From assembly GCF_001194135.2 (NCBI RefSeq), contig NC_068982.1, positions 10,591,966-10,655,965 on the forward strand: a stretch of DNA of 64,000 nt, in the 5' to 3' direction. Positions 49,863-63,150 of this stretch are shown piece after piece. This DNA is from Octopus bimaculoides. Lineage: Eukaryota. The notes under the pieces were generated by a model. It was not told where the DNA came from. It made no database searches and saw only the letters and a list, made by a program, of their open reading frames with translations. Position numbers and translations under genes: made by a program. Numbering within the stretch: position 1 is the first letter of the stretch; each line of letters starts with the position of its first letter.

Positions 49863-51126
49863 TCTATATACATAAATGTGTAATGGTATCTTTCTTTGTG
49901 TGTGTGTGTTTGGGGTTACTCTAACTCCTCCCACACCGTCCAACCGGTTTTAATAATTTTTTGCACATAAGCAGATCACATGCCCTGACGTTCAAAGAAG
50001 GGAGGAACCTTTCAAAAACCCGAAAATGCTTAATTGGCATCGATGTTTGTGAGCTCAATCGGGCGTTTGAATGGAAATTCCCATAACAATGAAATGAAAA
50101 TCGATGAGTGCGCGGAGCTCATGTCAGTGAGTTGATGTCAGTATAGAGCGTTGGCACAAAATCGATAATTGCGCCTGAGCAATGGTTTTATAAAATCAAT
50201 AGGCCTTTTGCATGCAAATACTCATAGGGATTTTATTTTTGGCTGTAATTTTTATATTTTTTATCAGATTTTAATGAAATTTGAGATGCAGGTAAATTTT
50301 GTGGTGGGGGACACGGTAAAAGTGCTTATTTAATTCAAAAGGGCTTGAAAAGGGCACAAATGCAAATAAGCATTTCCTTAGAGACATTCTTATCGACTTT
50401 GTAGAAATTTTATGCATGATTACAGTTCACGTCCATTATTTGATGCCAGCATGAAGAGTTGTCAAAAATCGATAATTGCGCGTGAGCAGGAGATTTTAAG
50501 AAATCAATAGGCTGTTTGTATAGTTACCCATAGGATTAATATTTTATGCTGTAACTTTTGTAGAATTCATCCGATTTTGATGAAATTTGACATTTAGGTA
50601 AAGTGCATGGTCCGAGTCATGTAATAGAATTAAAATTAAACTGGTGAAAGGTAGAAATCATTAAACTTCACTCACAATAAAATAATGAACTGAGTTTGAA
50701 GAAAATTGACCCATGAATAAAATTAAAGACTTCGACATATGAAACATCGATTATTCATACAGTGTATTGGGATTTAATAGTCAATGGGATATGTTCATGT
50801 ACATGGTCACATGGATTCTATTTTATGACATAACGTTAACACTTTTCTTCCGATTTTGCTGAGATTGAACAATTTTGTACAAAGGGTGGCATTAAGGAGA
50901 GAGAAATAAACAAACATCACTCTCAACGGGTCGAGGTACACCCACAAGATTGACTGCGATTTCAGACGGTCCAGTATGTAGGAGTATGTTGAAAGCGTTA
51001 ACCGGGTAAAATTCCTGCCGAACCAGATATAGCATCTTAATGGATAATAGAAGGTTTCAATACAAGGTCAGAGGTGGACTTAACTTCAACACGGAAAACA
51101 CGAGCAACGCCGGGTCCAACAGCTAG
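49863..51126 (+). mobile_element. Non-autonomous Helitron (1.26 kb)
   Basis: A|TC 5' end, CTAG|T 3' end, and subterminal hairpin ACACGAGCAACGCCGGGT at about 51098-51115. Internal ~130-bp repeats with 307-bp spacing contain GATTTT(A/G)ATGAAATTT. Confidence 0.7.
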
Positions 51127-51247
51127 TATATCAGCATATAGACGTACATGCACACATGTTCGACACACAGATACAAATTATTTAAGTATTATATATACAG
51201 ATACAAATTATTTAAGTATTATATATACCTATATATGCATATATATG

Positions 51248-51409
51248 CATACGTATAAGAAGAGATGACCACTAAGTGGACATCCATTATGCTAGAAATA
51301 GATCACCTACAATTCTTGAGAACAATCTTTTCTTTGTGGTCAGATCGTAGGTGATCTATTTCTAGCATAATAGATGTCCACTTAGTGGTCATCCCTTTTT
51401 ATACGTATG
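51248..51409. repeat. Near-perfect hairpin / short MITE (63-bp arms, 36-nt loop)
   Basis: GATGACCACTAAGTGGACATC-CATTATGCTAGAAATAGATCACCTAC versus GTAGGTGATCTATTTCTAGCATAATA-GATGTCCACTTAGTGGTCATC. Confidence 0.9.
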
Positions 51410-51627
51410 TAATATAATTTTTCTGAATTTTCAGATTTTTCTATATGCTAGGCCACTGGTTTTAAATTGATGTTAATCAAATTAATATTCAATTTATCAC
51501 CCTCATTATTTAAAATTTATATATGCATATATAAACACATACATACATACATACATACATACATACATACATGCACTAATGTTTGCATTTGCTTAGCATA
51601 CAATAAATATGTATAATAGAACAAAAG

Positions 51628-51963
51628 TACAAGCATGGAAACAACTGGTATCAGGTCAGACGAAGATATTCATATATTTATACGTTGAAGTAACTTACGG
51701 AACAGATTGCCACTAAAATGCTTTCTGTCTTCGGAGGACAAGTGACCGATCGAGCCAACTGTGCATCTATTCTTGAAATAGTCGTAAGGGACTACCTGCA
51801 CATCGAAGGGACTATCTACGACATTACTCAACATATCTCTTTTATTGCTCTCTCATGAGGCTAACCCTTCTAGCCTTTATTTCTACTCTCAACTTATAGC
51901 AATGTATAAATATGTAAATATCGTAATCCTGACACCTGATTCTAGTTCTTTGCCTGTTTGTAC
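51628..51963. mobile_element. Decayed MITE-like element with ~60-bp inverted ends; internal part repeated at about 56080-56205
   Basis: GTACAAGCATGGAAACAACTGGTATCAGG versus CCTGATTCTAGTTCTTTGCCTGTTTGTAC. The segment CAAGTGACCGATCGAGCCAACTG is shared with the second copy. Confidence 0.55.
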
Positions 51964-53299
51964 ATTTATTCTATTAGATATATTCCAGCTTGATTGAAAC
52001 ACTGTCGAAAGCCAATCCTCATTGCGCAACTATATTTTCAATTAATTTCTTATCTGTAATTTTAGAGATGCAGTCTTTCACACCTAACGTGCATTTAATT
52101 TATATATACGCCATGCATGATACTATGATATTTTAAATTAAAAACAAAATTAAGGGAGATATTGCATATTGAAACACTTTCGTAATCTTTATTATTAATG
52201 TTTATATGTATGTATCTGTGTATGTAGTATATATCGAGCCATTATTTTCCGTGCAATTTGCCCATCAAATAATTCTAAAACACAGTTGATCAAATAATTG
52301 AAATGAAAACATTCATACAGAGACAAATTATATTTTAATCACAGCCATAATAAATAACAAAGAATATGTTAAGTTTATTCGTTTTAAACAATTGTTAAAA
52401 GCAAAGGTTATGATCAATTCTTCAAATTCATAATTAATGTTTCAATAACACTCCTGGTATTGTGTGTAGCATCATCGTATATTTTATTTTGTTATTTTTC
52501 TTTCACTCCAAACCGCAGATTATTTAGTTACAGCCTCTCTAAACACGTATTTCTGCAAACAATCAATGCATTTCCAATTAATCGAGTGGTGGGAGTGTTA
52601 CGTTTTGGCAAACCCTACAGAATTTCATTCTATACATTCCGCATATTTTGTGAAAAACATGTTGCCCAAGAACATTCCTTCTGCTAAGTCTTCGAATTCA
52701 AGTGTCTTCCAAATAATGAACGTTTGTGATTCAAAATGGGAGATATTACTCTCACATAATAATTTCACTGTATTAATTAATTTAACTACACATACAAATA
52801 AGAATGCCAACATACACAGACAGAAAGTATATTCTTCCTGAACAGGATATTCTTACTTTGGTCCCTGACTATGAACTGCGCAAAGAATATATTGTGGAAA
52901 ATTTGCCTTTCGTATTTCTTTCATGCAAGATTTGAATATTGCTTTCTCAAAACCAATGACTATTCCCAATGGTGCATATAAGGCTTCATGTCCCGTAAAT
53001 GTGCCATTTGGGGGGGGGCGAATACGTAAGGTAATAAGGCAAAGTAAAAAAGGAGGCAGAAACTTCTTTCTGTTCACGAATGGTATACGACTGGTTAGAT
53101 ACCAAAACTATATATGTATCAGATCATTAAGAAGGAAATGTCCTATTTTCTTATGCACCAAGTTAGACATTCGTTAACACTAATGTTTTATCCTGATAAT
53201 TCTTTGCTTTACATCATTGAGTTACATCATCACTTTCGAAATGCAATTTATGGTGTCTAATTATATTGTGAGTTTTCGCTTGTAAATGAATTTTTGTGA

Positions 53300-54170
53300 A
53301 CCCAAGGATAGAAAACAATTCGTGTTGTTTATGAATATAAGTTCCGTTGTGGATCCAATGCATCCCAAAGAGCTCCAAACATGAATTTGGTGAAGATGTG
53401 GCGAATGAGCGCACTGTACATCGATGGTTTCAGAAGTTCCGGTCTGGTGACTTTACTCTTGGAATTCAGCTCCGTGGTAGATTTGAGATCAAGGTGAATA
53501 ATGATGAGCCCGAAACTGTAGTGGAAGCGGATACATCTCAAACTACGCGAAAGGTAGCAGCAAGGTTTGATGCTTCGATTCCAACTGTATTGAACCATCT
53601 GAAACAAATCGGCAACGTGAAGAAGTTGGACATGTGGGTACCATACGAACTGAACGAGCATCAAATGACACGAGGTCTTGAAACTTGCTTCTCTTCTTGT
53701 CACAGCATAAAAGCGAACCATTTTTGCAACATATTGTTACCTGTGGCGATAAATGGAATCTTTTCAACAATAACAAGCGTTCTGCACGGTGGTTGGATAG
53801 AGACGAAGTGCAACAACACAATCCAAAAAAGAATGTTCACCAAAAAAAGCTAATGGTGACTGTTTGGTGGTCCAGCGCTGGTGTCATCCACTACAGCTTC
53901 ATGAGACCTGGTAAGTCAATTACAGCGGGTGTATACATCAACCAACTGGATGAAATGATGAGTGAACTCGCAATTGAACAACCGAGATTTGTCAATAGAG
54001 ATAGGCCAATTCTCCTGCAAGGTAATACTCGACCAAATGTTGCACAAAGAACGATAGTCAAGTTACAGGAACTGAACTTGCACCAGACCTTGCACCAACT
54101 GACTATCACGTTTTCCAGGCATTAGACAACGTTTTACAAGGAAATGACTTCAAATCTGAAAGAGATGCAA
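53300..54170 (+). pseudogene. mariner (DD34D, Mos1-like) transposase pseudogene
   Basis: NERTVHRWFQKFRSGDF…KKLDMWVPYEL…IVTCGDKW…HQKKLMVTVWW…ILLQGNTRPN…APDLAPTDYHVF. Frameshifts are present, the first two catalytic motifs are altered and the YSPDL region is partly deleted. Confidence 0.9.
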
Positions 54171-55744
54171 AAAAAAAAAAGCCCTTGCGTGATTAGCAAC
54201 TTCTTGTGATATTTTGTAAATGAAATCACAAGCAATTACCGCATGTCGATTTACACAGGATATTAAATACCTTTAATAAAAAAATATGTACATGTGCATG
54301 GATATAAAATAGTCAGACTTACAGAATATAAATAACATTAGTGTTTTACGAGTCCAACAGCTGTTTCTGGGTGCTTGATGGTCTGGAATTATGATTAGTT
54401 ACTTGGATCCATTATCGAATAATCCCGCCTCTGTACTCAGGGTAGAATTTTACATTGGAGAATTTTACATTTGAGTTATTGACAAGATGGAGTGTAAACT
54501 CCATCCTGTCAACACCTCAAATGTTATAGATATATACATATATATATATATATANNNNNNNNNNNNNNNNNNNNNNNNNNNNNNNNNNNNNNNNNNNNNN
54601 NNNNNNNNNNNNNNNNNNNNNNNNNNNNNNNNNNNNNNNNNNNNNNNNNNNNNNNNNNNNNNNNNNNNNNNNNNNNNNNNNNNNNNNNNNNNNNNNNNNN
54701 NNNNNNNNNNNNNNNNNNNNNNNNNNNNNNNNNNNNNNNNNNNNNNNNNNNNNNNNNNNNNNNNNNNNNNNNNNNNNNNNNNNNNNNNNNNNNNNNNNNN
54801 NNNNNNNNNNNNNNNNNNNNNNNNNNNNNNNNNNNNNNNNNNNNNNNNNNNNNNNNNNNNNNNNNNNNNNNNNNNNNNNNNNNNNNNNNNNNNNNNNNNN
54901 NNNNNNNNNNNNNNNNNNNNNNNNNNNNNNNNNNNNNNNNNNNNNNNNNNNNNNNNNNNNNNNNNNNNNNNNNNNNNNNNNNNNNNNNNNNNNNNNNNNN
55001 NNNNNNNNNNNNNNNNNNNNNNNNNNNNNNNNNNNNNNNNNNNNNNNNNNNNNNNNNNNNNNNNNNNNNNNNNNNNNNNNNNNNNNNNNNNNNNNNNNNN
55101 NNNNNNNNNNNNNNNNNNNNNNNNNNNNNNNNNNNNNNNNCGATCTATATATACAGATAAAGTGTAATTTTACATTATCAGTAACTGTGCGTAGGTATAT
55201 CTGTCGAAACATGCAATGGTGAAAACGTTTGTGTCGCTATACAAACGATGGGACACACTAGGTATATTTCTACGTTGAAGAGATGAAATATTGGAAAAAC
55301 ATCAAATAAAGAAATTTGGAATTTGTTCTAATTATTAAGTTCTAATTACTGTTTTGTTATATTTGGACGATTATATAGCGTTGTGGTACTTTAATGTAAC
55401 TTGCTTCGATTATTATAAATTATGTATCAGGTTCCATTTTTCTTTTCATTCATATTTTGTTATAATTCGGAAACGAATTGGTATTAACTCTAAGTGGAGA
55501 TACGAAATTAAAGTATGAACAAACCACGCCATATAGGAATAAAATAATTAATACAATAGATTGTGTCTGGAAAACGGGAGAATATTATTCGCTAAGACAA
55601 ATCAAGTAGAATTTGTACGTATACATATATATGTCTCTGTGTATGTGTATGCATATGCGTGCGTGTTTGTGTGTGTGTGTATGTGCGTGTGTATGTTTGA
55701 GGTGGGTGTATGTGTGTAGATACAGATGCAGATATATATATATT

Positions 55745-55793
<49 letters not shown>

Positions 55794-57204
55794 NNNNNNN
55801 NNNNNNNNNNNNNNNNNNNNNNNNNNNNNNNNNNNNNNNNNNNNNNNNNNNNNNNNNNNNNNNNNNNNNNNNNNNNNNNNNNNNNNNNNNNNNNNNNNNN
55901 NNNNNNNNNNNNNNNNNNNNNNNNNNNNNNNNNNNNNNNNNNNNNNNNNNNNNNNNNNNNNNNNNNNNNNNNNNNATATTTGCATGTCTGTCTATATATA
56001 TATATGCACATATATACATATAGTACATAAAAAAAACAACAACAGACACAAAAAAACAACAACACGACTACGTGGTACACGTAAAGTATTAGCAGATGCT
56101 CAGAGAAGCAAAAAAAAGGTGCTTGCTCTCTTCGGAGAACAAGTGACCGATCGAGCCAACTGCGCATCTATTTTTAAAATAGTTGTAAGGGACTACCTAC
56201 AACAATTGAACAATCAATAGAGCTGGACAAAACAAAATAGAACTATATATCTACATCGGTGGCGCTCAGCCATTTTATACCTGTGTAATCTTGTTATTCT
56301 TGTCTTACTCTACTGGCCCTTGTAGCCGTTCTATGCTTAAAAACAACCCTACTATATATTGATAATTAAATATTATTAGGAATTGCATAAAACAAAATTG
56401 TCCAAATACTTGGTCTATTGTAGGGGTGTCAGCAATTTATTGTACATAAATTTTAACAACAAAATCTTTTATGAATCCCGGTGGAGAACCACTGATGTTC
56501 ATGTCCACATTAACAAACAATATTCAAGTAGGACGAACTGAAAAATACTGACAATAAAGTATTTATATTGCAAGATTCAAGAGTCTGCTATTTCCTTTAA
56601 AATATGGGGGGGGGGGGTTATTATAGAAATGATTTAATTATGCAAATGGCAAATATGTATATATAAAGATCAAAAGAAACTTATTTTAGATAGTTCCGAA
56701 AGCACTATGAACACTGATTGAGTGATGAAGCTATTTTACTATTTTACCTCGATGTTGGCATTTAAGCAACTACACTTTTGATTACGTTGGGTTTCTGCAA
56801 TAAAGCCATTTTAAAAACCACACAAAATATCTGTTGTACCGTAACATATCGTTAGGAATATTGGATACCTAAATTCCAATCTATATACCACTCATGCATT
56901 TCATACATATGATTAACATAGTTATCTACTTAATATTCAAATAAGTCTTGAAAGCTATCGCTGATTTGAATTTATTAATACTCTCTCCAATTCCATCCTC
57001 TATCAATCAGTTTCTATATAATATGATTACCATTGCAAATATGTGTATTATACAAAGACGTATAGATTAATTTTTTTCAAAGTTAGAGCGACTCTCCGCT
57101 TGATACCCATATTCATTCGAATGAATGCAGATGCACAGAGGTATACCGACAGACGCATCTAGTGAAGCAACTATAAATGGATGTACTTTCAATGGCCGTG
57201 CGTT

Positions 57205-57275
57205 TGACATTGGCTCTAATGCGTAGCTGCATGCCGTGATACAACGTGCAAGTGATTGGCATCCGATTGGCCATG
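57205..57275. promoter_or_regulatory. Cluster of three CCAAT (NF-Y-like) boxes in a CpG-richer segment
   Basis: ATTGG at 57209, 57255 and 57266. Minus-strand contexts are AGCCAATG, TGCCAATCA and GGCCAATCG. Confidence 0.2.
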
Positions 57276-57530
57276 AAATCCGTAAAACATACACACTCAC
57301 ACACTCACACGCACAAGGTTTGCTCGGTTCCCTGACTCTGCGAGCGGTAGAGTCGAGGACCTACTGTTCATGATAGGGCCAGCCATCGCAGCAAAGTCGA
57401 AAACGATGACCCAGTCTAAATATGACCAACGCACGACATTATCCTAACGGCAGAACAATGGTTGAAGGCAACAGCAAGGGATGATTCCAAAAGTTTTGAA
57501 CGGCTGGAGGACGGAACCCCCCACATGAAC

Positions 57531-59555
57531 TGGGTTCACAATATGTTTTTTTTTTACTCTTCTTTTTTAACAACGTTCATGCTTTATCATAATTCTCAGG
57601 TCAATATCCACGTAGCACCAAAAATAATTATCCAGTTAACAGTGTAATAATTCATTGAGTATAATCTCTAAATGATTATCAATATTATCATAGTTTCCGA
57701 GTAAAGTAAAATTAAGAACTTAAATCAATATTGCCATCATTATTTGTATTATTGTCAATTCAGAGCGGGTTTGGTGTTCGCAATAACATTCTGTATCTTG
57801 ATCTTCCTCTAACTTCACCTGAGCTGTAAAGTTTGTAAAATGGAAATAAAAGCATTTTATTACAGCATATTTCTAAATATCTTACTCGAACTTCATGGCT
57901 GTTAGGATCGCAAATGTTTTAACATATTTCTAAATGAAACCCTCACATGAAGCATCACTTTAGACTAAACCAATGCAGAAGCAGTACTTTGGAATTTCAT
58001 CACCGATAAATAATAGAACCAAATGCGTTGTTAATTTTGATGAAATAAATCGCAACACAATACAACAGACGATTTAAAAGCAACGACAATGAAATATTAG
58101 GTCGAAAAACATAGAGCGGGTTTCCTAATAGATTCACCATAGATTTTTTTTGCTTCAAGACTTAACTTTCAGAATACATATTCTTTCTCAATGAGAAAAT
58201 TATTCATAAATTAGATGCATGTTTGCTCCAGTTTATGCAAAAACAATGTGACTCTCAAAACAAAATATTTACCAAAGACAAGAAAACTATGATACTGGAT
58301 TTAGAATATATAGAACTTGAATGATTTGTGATGTTGTAGATGATGTTGACGCCGAGGAGAAACAATTTCCCAACAGAAAAGATTTCTACTCAAACAAACA
58401 TATTCACACCTACGTGTAATAAATAGCACAGAACGTACAAAACAAAAACACAGCATGCAAAACAAATGTGCAGCGTGCAAAACAAATACCTATAGAACCT
58501 AAAAAAAGACGATCACAAGAACAGAATACCATATTTGGTATAGCAACACGCGGTGCATGTCACCATTTTTTTACGTCGCGAAATCAAACTTGCCTGTCAA
58601 TATACAAAGTAACAAAGCGGCGAGCTGGCGGAAACGTTAGCACGCCGGGCGAAATTCCTAGCGGTATTTCGTCTGCCGTTACGTTCTGAGTTCAAATTCC
58701 GCCAGGTCGACATTACCTTTCATTCTTTCGGTGTTGATTAAGTAAGTACCAGTTATGCACTGGGATCAATGTAATCGACTTAATCCCTTCGTCTATCCTT
58801 GTTTGTCCCCTCTGGGTTTAGCCCCTTGTGGGCAATAAAGAAATAAACATACAAAGTAACAAGTTAAAGATTTAATTACTGATCGAACACTTGCTCAATG
58901 CCAAAGACAAGAAAATGGCTTGAAGCAATTGTAACCAAAGGCAGAGTTTGACCAACGGCATTGATATAATGTTTAAATATCCCAATGAAATTACATGGTA
59001 ATTAATACATACCGATCTGTATATTAAGATAAAAACCGGAAGAAGAGAATTTCCGAACTATAAAAGCCGAAATTTGATATGCTGCATCAAAGGCGCGTAT
59101 CATGAAGAAATATATATTGACTGAACCGGAAATTCATTATCAAAACGTCCGCGATTGCATTGTTAAAACATTTGCGATCCAAACAGCCGTGAAGCCCGAG
59201 TAAGATATCATTTATAAATATGCCGCAATAAAATGCTTTTATTTCCATTTTACAAACTTTACAGCTCAAGTGAAGTTAGAAGAAGATCAAGATACATAAT
59301 TTTATTGCGAACACCAAACCCGCTCTGAATTGACAATAATACAAATAATGATGTTAATATTGATTTAAGTTCTTAATTTTACTTTACTCGAAAACTATGA
59401 CAATATTGATAATCATTTAGAGATTATTCTCAATGAATTATTACACCGTTAACTGGATAATTATTCTTGGTACTTCGTGGACATTGACCTGAGAATTGTG
59501 ATAAGGCATGAATGTTGTTAAACAAGAAGAGTAAAAAAAACATATTGTGAACCCA
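57531..59555. mobile_element. 2.0-kb foldback element with ~395-bp terminal inverted repeats
   Basis: 57531-57924 is the reverse complement of 59161-59555 along its whole length (e.g. GTCAATTCAGAGCGGGTTTGGTGTTCGCAATAA / TTATTGCGAACACCAAACCCGCTCTGAATTGAC). Confidence 0.85.
58616..58848 (+). mobile_element. S1 SINE (GTTTGTCCCC-tail variant) with 14-bp TSD
   Basis: TSD ATACAAAGTAACAA at 58602-58615 and 58849-58862. Confidence 0.92.
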
Positions 59556-59864
59556 TTCGAAAAAGAATATAATAGTTTTTGTATGAATAATATTTTATTT
59601 CAAAACAAAGTTCATCCTAAAACTGTTGTAAAATTGAAAGTAATTTAAAGGTTATTTCCCCTTGAATCTGCTCGTACGTCAATACTCTGTAATTTGTTAA
59701 ATGCACTCCGTTCAAATTCCAAAATTAGCTCCACTTTATGATAAAGAAACGTTACGCAGTCATTAGGTGTACATGAAAATGCTCGTAAAAATGCAAGAAT
59801 ACAAAAATTTAATGTGAAAATCGGACTCTCAAAATTCGTTTGATTACTACATATAAATATATAA

Positions 59865-59905
<41 letters not shown>

Positions 59906-61059
59906 GAAAGAGCGGAAGGGAGAGAGAAAATCAAAGGAAAAATTAATGCATGGAAAACATGTAAAGAGATAGTTTGTGTGTGACAGAGAGAGATTGCAGA
60001 TGCATTTGAGCGCAAATTTGTGAATGCGCATGTGTACGAATCTCATTCATCTGCTTAATATATTTAATGTTCACTTCTAAAATTTTGAGACCATTATTAT
60101 TCATAGGATGTTGTAGTGAGAAATGAACATTAAGGCTTTCCAGGCAGTACGCTATCTAATATATCGAGTGTCGTGTTATTATCAAAACTGATGTATTGAT
60201 AATTATGAATTATACCAGGAACATTAAATGCTGGCTGGAAACTAGAAAGAGCTTTGATCTTAAACTGAGAAGCCGCGAGACTTATGACATCGAAAGTCAG
60301 GAAGATGAAGGCAGGCATTGGTGNNNNNNNNNNGGGGGGGGGGGGTAGATGTAAGCGGTTACCTTACATAATCAAACGCCGTTCACTTCTTTTTATCTGT
60401 CTTTTGGTAGCAACCGATTTTATCTTTATAGGATATATTCGGCGATCAGTTTCTTTATCCCTTTATATATTCTCGCTTGTTGTCAGTGATACGTGTAAGA
60501 GATTTCTTATCTCGTTTCAGCTGACAGTCGTTATATGGTAGGGAAATGGGTCAGCCCCCCTGCAGGTGTACGAAAAGGCGTTATCTACTAGAATATATAC
60601 AAATTACACTATGAAGGTCGTTTTCTCCAACCGCGTGCTAAAGTGAGTTGAACGTTACAAATTCGCTTGATGAGCTATATTTCACACTATCATTAATCCA
60701 TAAAAATTGTCATGGCATGGCATTTATGGATCTATATAGAATTTCAAAACTTTCAGTGCTATGTTGGCTACTTAGAGGTTTGTTCACCGAAGATACTGTC
60801 CTTCCTGTGTCATTCTATTGCTCGTTAAATTACTAAACCTTGCATCATAGTTAATGGTGTTCACTAAGTAGCATATGTCGATTACTGATTTCTTCCTGTC
60901 AGCGTGATGAATGAAATTTCGCAGAATTATTGTGATTGGGAAAATAATGAGGAAGAATTACAACGTTATTTATACTGTATCTTGGAGGAAGTGAATTGGA
61001 AGGCAGAAATACATCAATGTGGTGTTATCCTTTTGGTCCACTAACTTTCGAACGTCATA

Positions 61060-61080
61060 TATATATATATGTATATATAT

Positions 61081-61131
<51 letters not shown>

Positions 61132-61440
61132 CTTTATCTACACATATATGTGTATGTGTATATATATATATAAATGTATATATACCTATACATATATGTG
61201 TATATATGTATATATATATGAACAGACATATACGTATATGCATATATATATGGGTGTGTGTATATATATATGTGTATATATATATGTGTGTATATATGTA
61301 TATATATATATGTGTAGATATATATATATGTATATATATGTATATATATATATTTATATATGTATTTATATATATATACATACATACATACATACATACA
61401 TACACACACACGCAAGTATGTATACAGCTATATATGTCTA
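61060..61440. repeat. (TAGA)n and degenerate (TA/TG)n microsatellites
   Basis: Visible directly. Confidence 0.9.
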
Positions 61441-62159
61441 TCATATATGTAAATGTACTATGATCAAAAATAGGTCTGTTGCTATGGTAACGGAGCTAAA
61501 GTGCGGAGAATAAAATTGCTTGGCACAGATTGACCTTGAACTCCGTGGCGCATGCACTCCAAGTTATAATGTTCTCGCTCGCTCACGTTGATTATAAAAG
61601 TGCTTTGAAGTAGAGTCTGTAGGCAGAGTGTGACAGTCTCAAAATGATCGCGTTTCAGCTGCGCAGAATCCCCTTGATAGTGTCGAAAACAACAAAATTT
61701 TTGGAAACTTTTTTATATCGTCCCTGTATGGCTATGACCCCGAACGCAAAGCAAAAATCACATTCCACTTAAGACGTTGTGCAAATCCAAAAGAATGCGA
61801 CATAGCTGCTTTCATTCCTGCGACATTCCTGTATATATATATATGAAGCCGAATATACATCACTTAAAAATCTCAAAGGGTAATTATGATACAACTCCGA
61901 TAAAAATTAATACCACACACGAAAAGGTAGAAATATTAAAATGAGAAATTTGATTTCACGTATTATGTACAAGCGTTGCTACGACAAATATACCTAAAGA
62001 TTTGTGTAATATACTAAGTAGGAACTATCCTCCAAACTACAATTATTACTGTATTTTAAATAAATACGTTTAAACTCTCTCACTCTACCACACCAAATCT
62101 CACAGATCGTATGGAATACTTTAACGCCAGTAAAATGAATATGCATAATAAAAATGAGA

Positions 62160-62360
62160 TACACAATTCTTTTCTACTCTAGGCACAGGACTCGAAATTT
62201 TTGGGGAGGGGGCCAGGCAATTAGATCAACCCCAATTCGCAACTGGTACTTAATTTATCGACCCCGAAGGGATGAAAGGCAAAGTCGACCTCGGTGGAAT
62301 TTGAAATCAAAACTTAAAGACAGACGAAATACTGCTAAGCATTTTCGCCAGGCGTGCTAG
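62160..62360 (-). mobile_element. S1 SINE
   Basis: TTCTACTCTAGGCAC…AACTGGTACTTAATTTATCGACCCCGAAGGGATGAAAGGCAAAGTCGACCTCGG. Confidence 0.85.
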
Positions 62361-63024
62361 CGGAACAAATTATATAAACTCACACACAACAAATTATATA
62401 AAGTCTTTATTTACTCTAATCATCAATTTATCCCCAAATGGTTGAGATTCAAAGTGCGTTATGTTCCTACCTTTGTGATTATCTACATAAGAATAGCCGC
62501 AGAACATAATAGTGAAACGTGTTAGTGTAAGCTAAATTTTCTCTTTTACTCTCGGATTAATATGCGGTAACTTAATCAAAGGTAGGGAAAACTGACTTCG
62601 TGGCTTTACGCACCATTTGTCATTCGCATTCATCATTAGTTAACATGGCATAAATTAAAACACTAGGACAAGTGAAACAGCGAGGACGACGTTTGTGTGT
62701 TTATGTATATGCGTGTATATGTCAATATACATAAGTATGTATCTATACACGTACGAAAGTCCTCAGCTTTTTGAATAAGTGTGGTAGCAAATATGTACTA
62801 TTCATTACGCAGAAGAAAACACGTACCAATGTGACGAGCAGTCAAATAGACATCCGATGTCGGGTGGGTGCATTGGAAACGGATTTCTTAACAACACCGC
62901 TGTTTCAATCACATACGATCTTATCAATTCAACATACTCTGTATTAATAACCTTTCTATGAGAGACCCCAAGGTATGGGCCTCTGTGGAAGGGGTTTGTT
63001 GATGATTGTTTTTTAACCAACACT

Positions 63025-63150
63025 TATTTATCTGAGCCCGAAAGGATGAAGGTATCGTCAACCTCAACAGAATTTGAACTCAGAACGTAGCGACCGGCGA
63101 AATACCACAAAGTATTTTGTACGGAGTCCTCATCGTTCTGCCAGCTCACC
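63025..63150 (-). mobile_element. S1 SINE 5' part
   Basis: CCCGAAAGGATGAAGG…AGAATTTGAACTCAGAACG…CGTTCTGCCAGCTCACC. Confidence 0.75.

Noticed and set aside
52460-53180. Overlapping 60-90 aa ORFs on both strands with splice-like sites
   Set aside because: No recognisable domain and no consistent acceptor-donor-frame combination.
481-56220. Long ORFs in the track full of X (e.g. 481-1293, 40389-41408, 54487-55212)
   Set aside because: They run through N gaps and flanking dinucleotide repeats, so they are artefacts.
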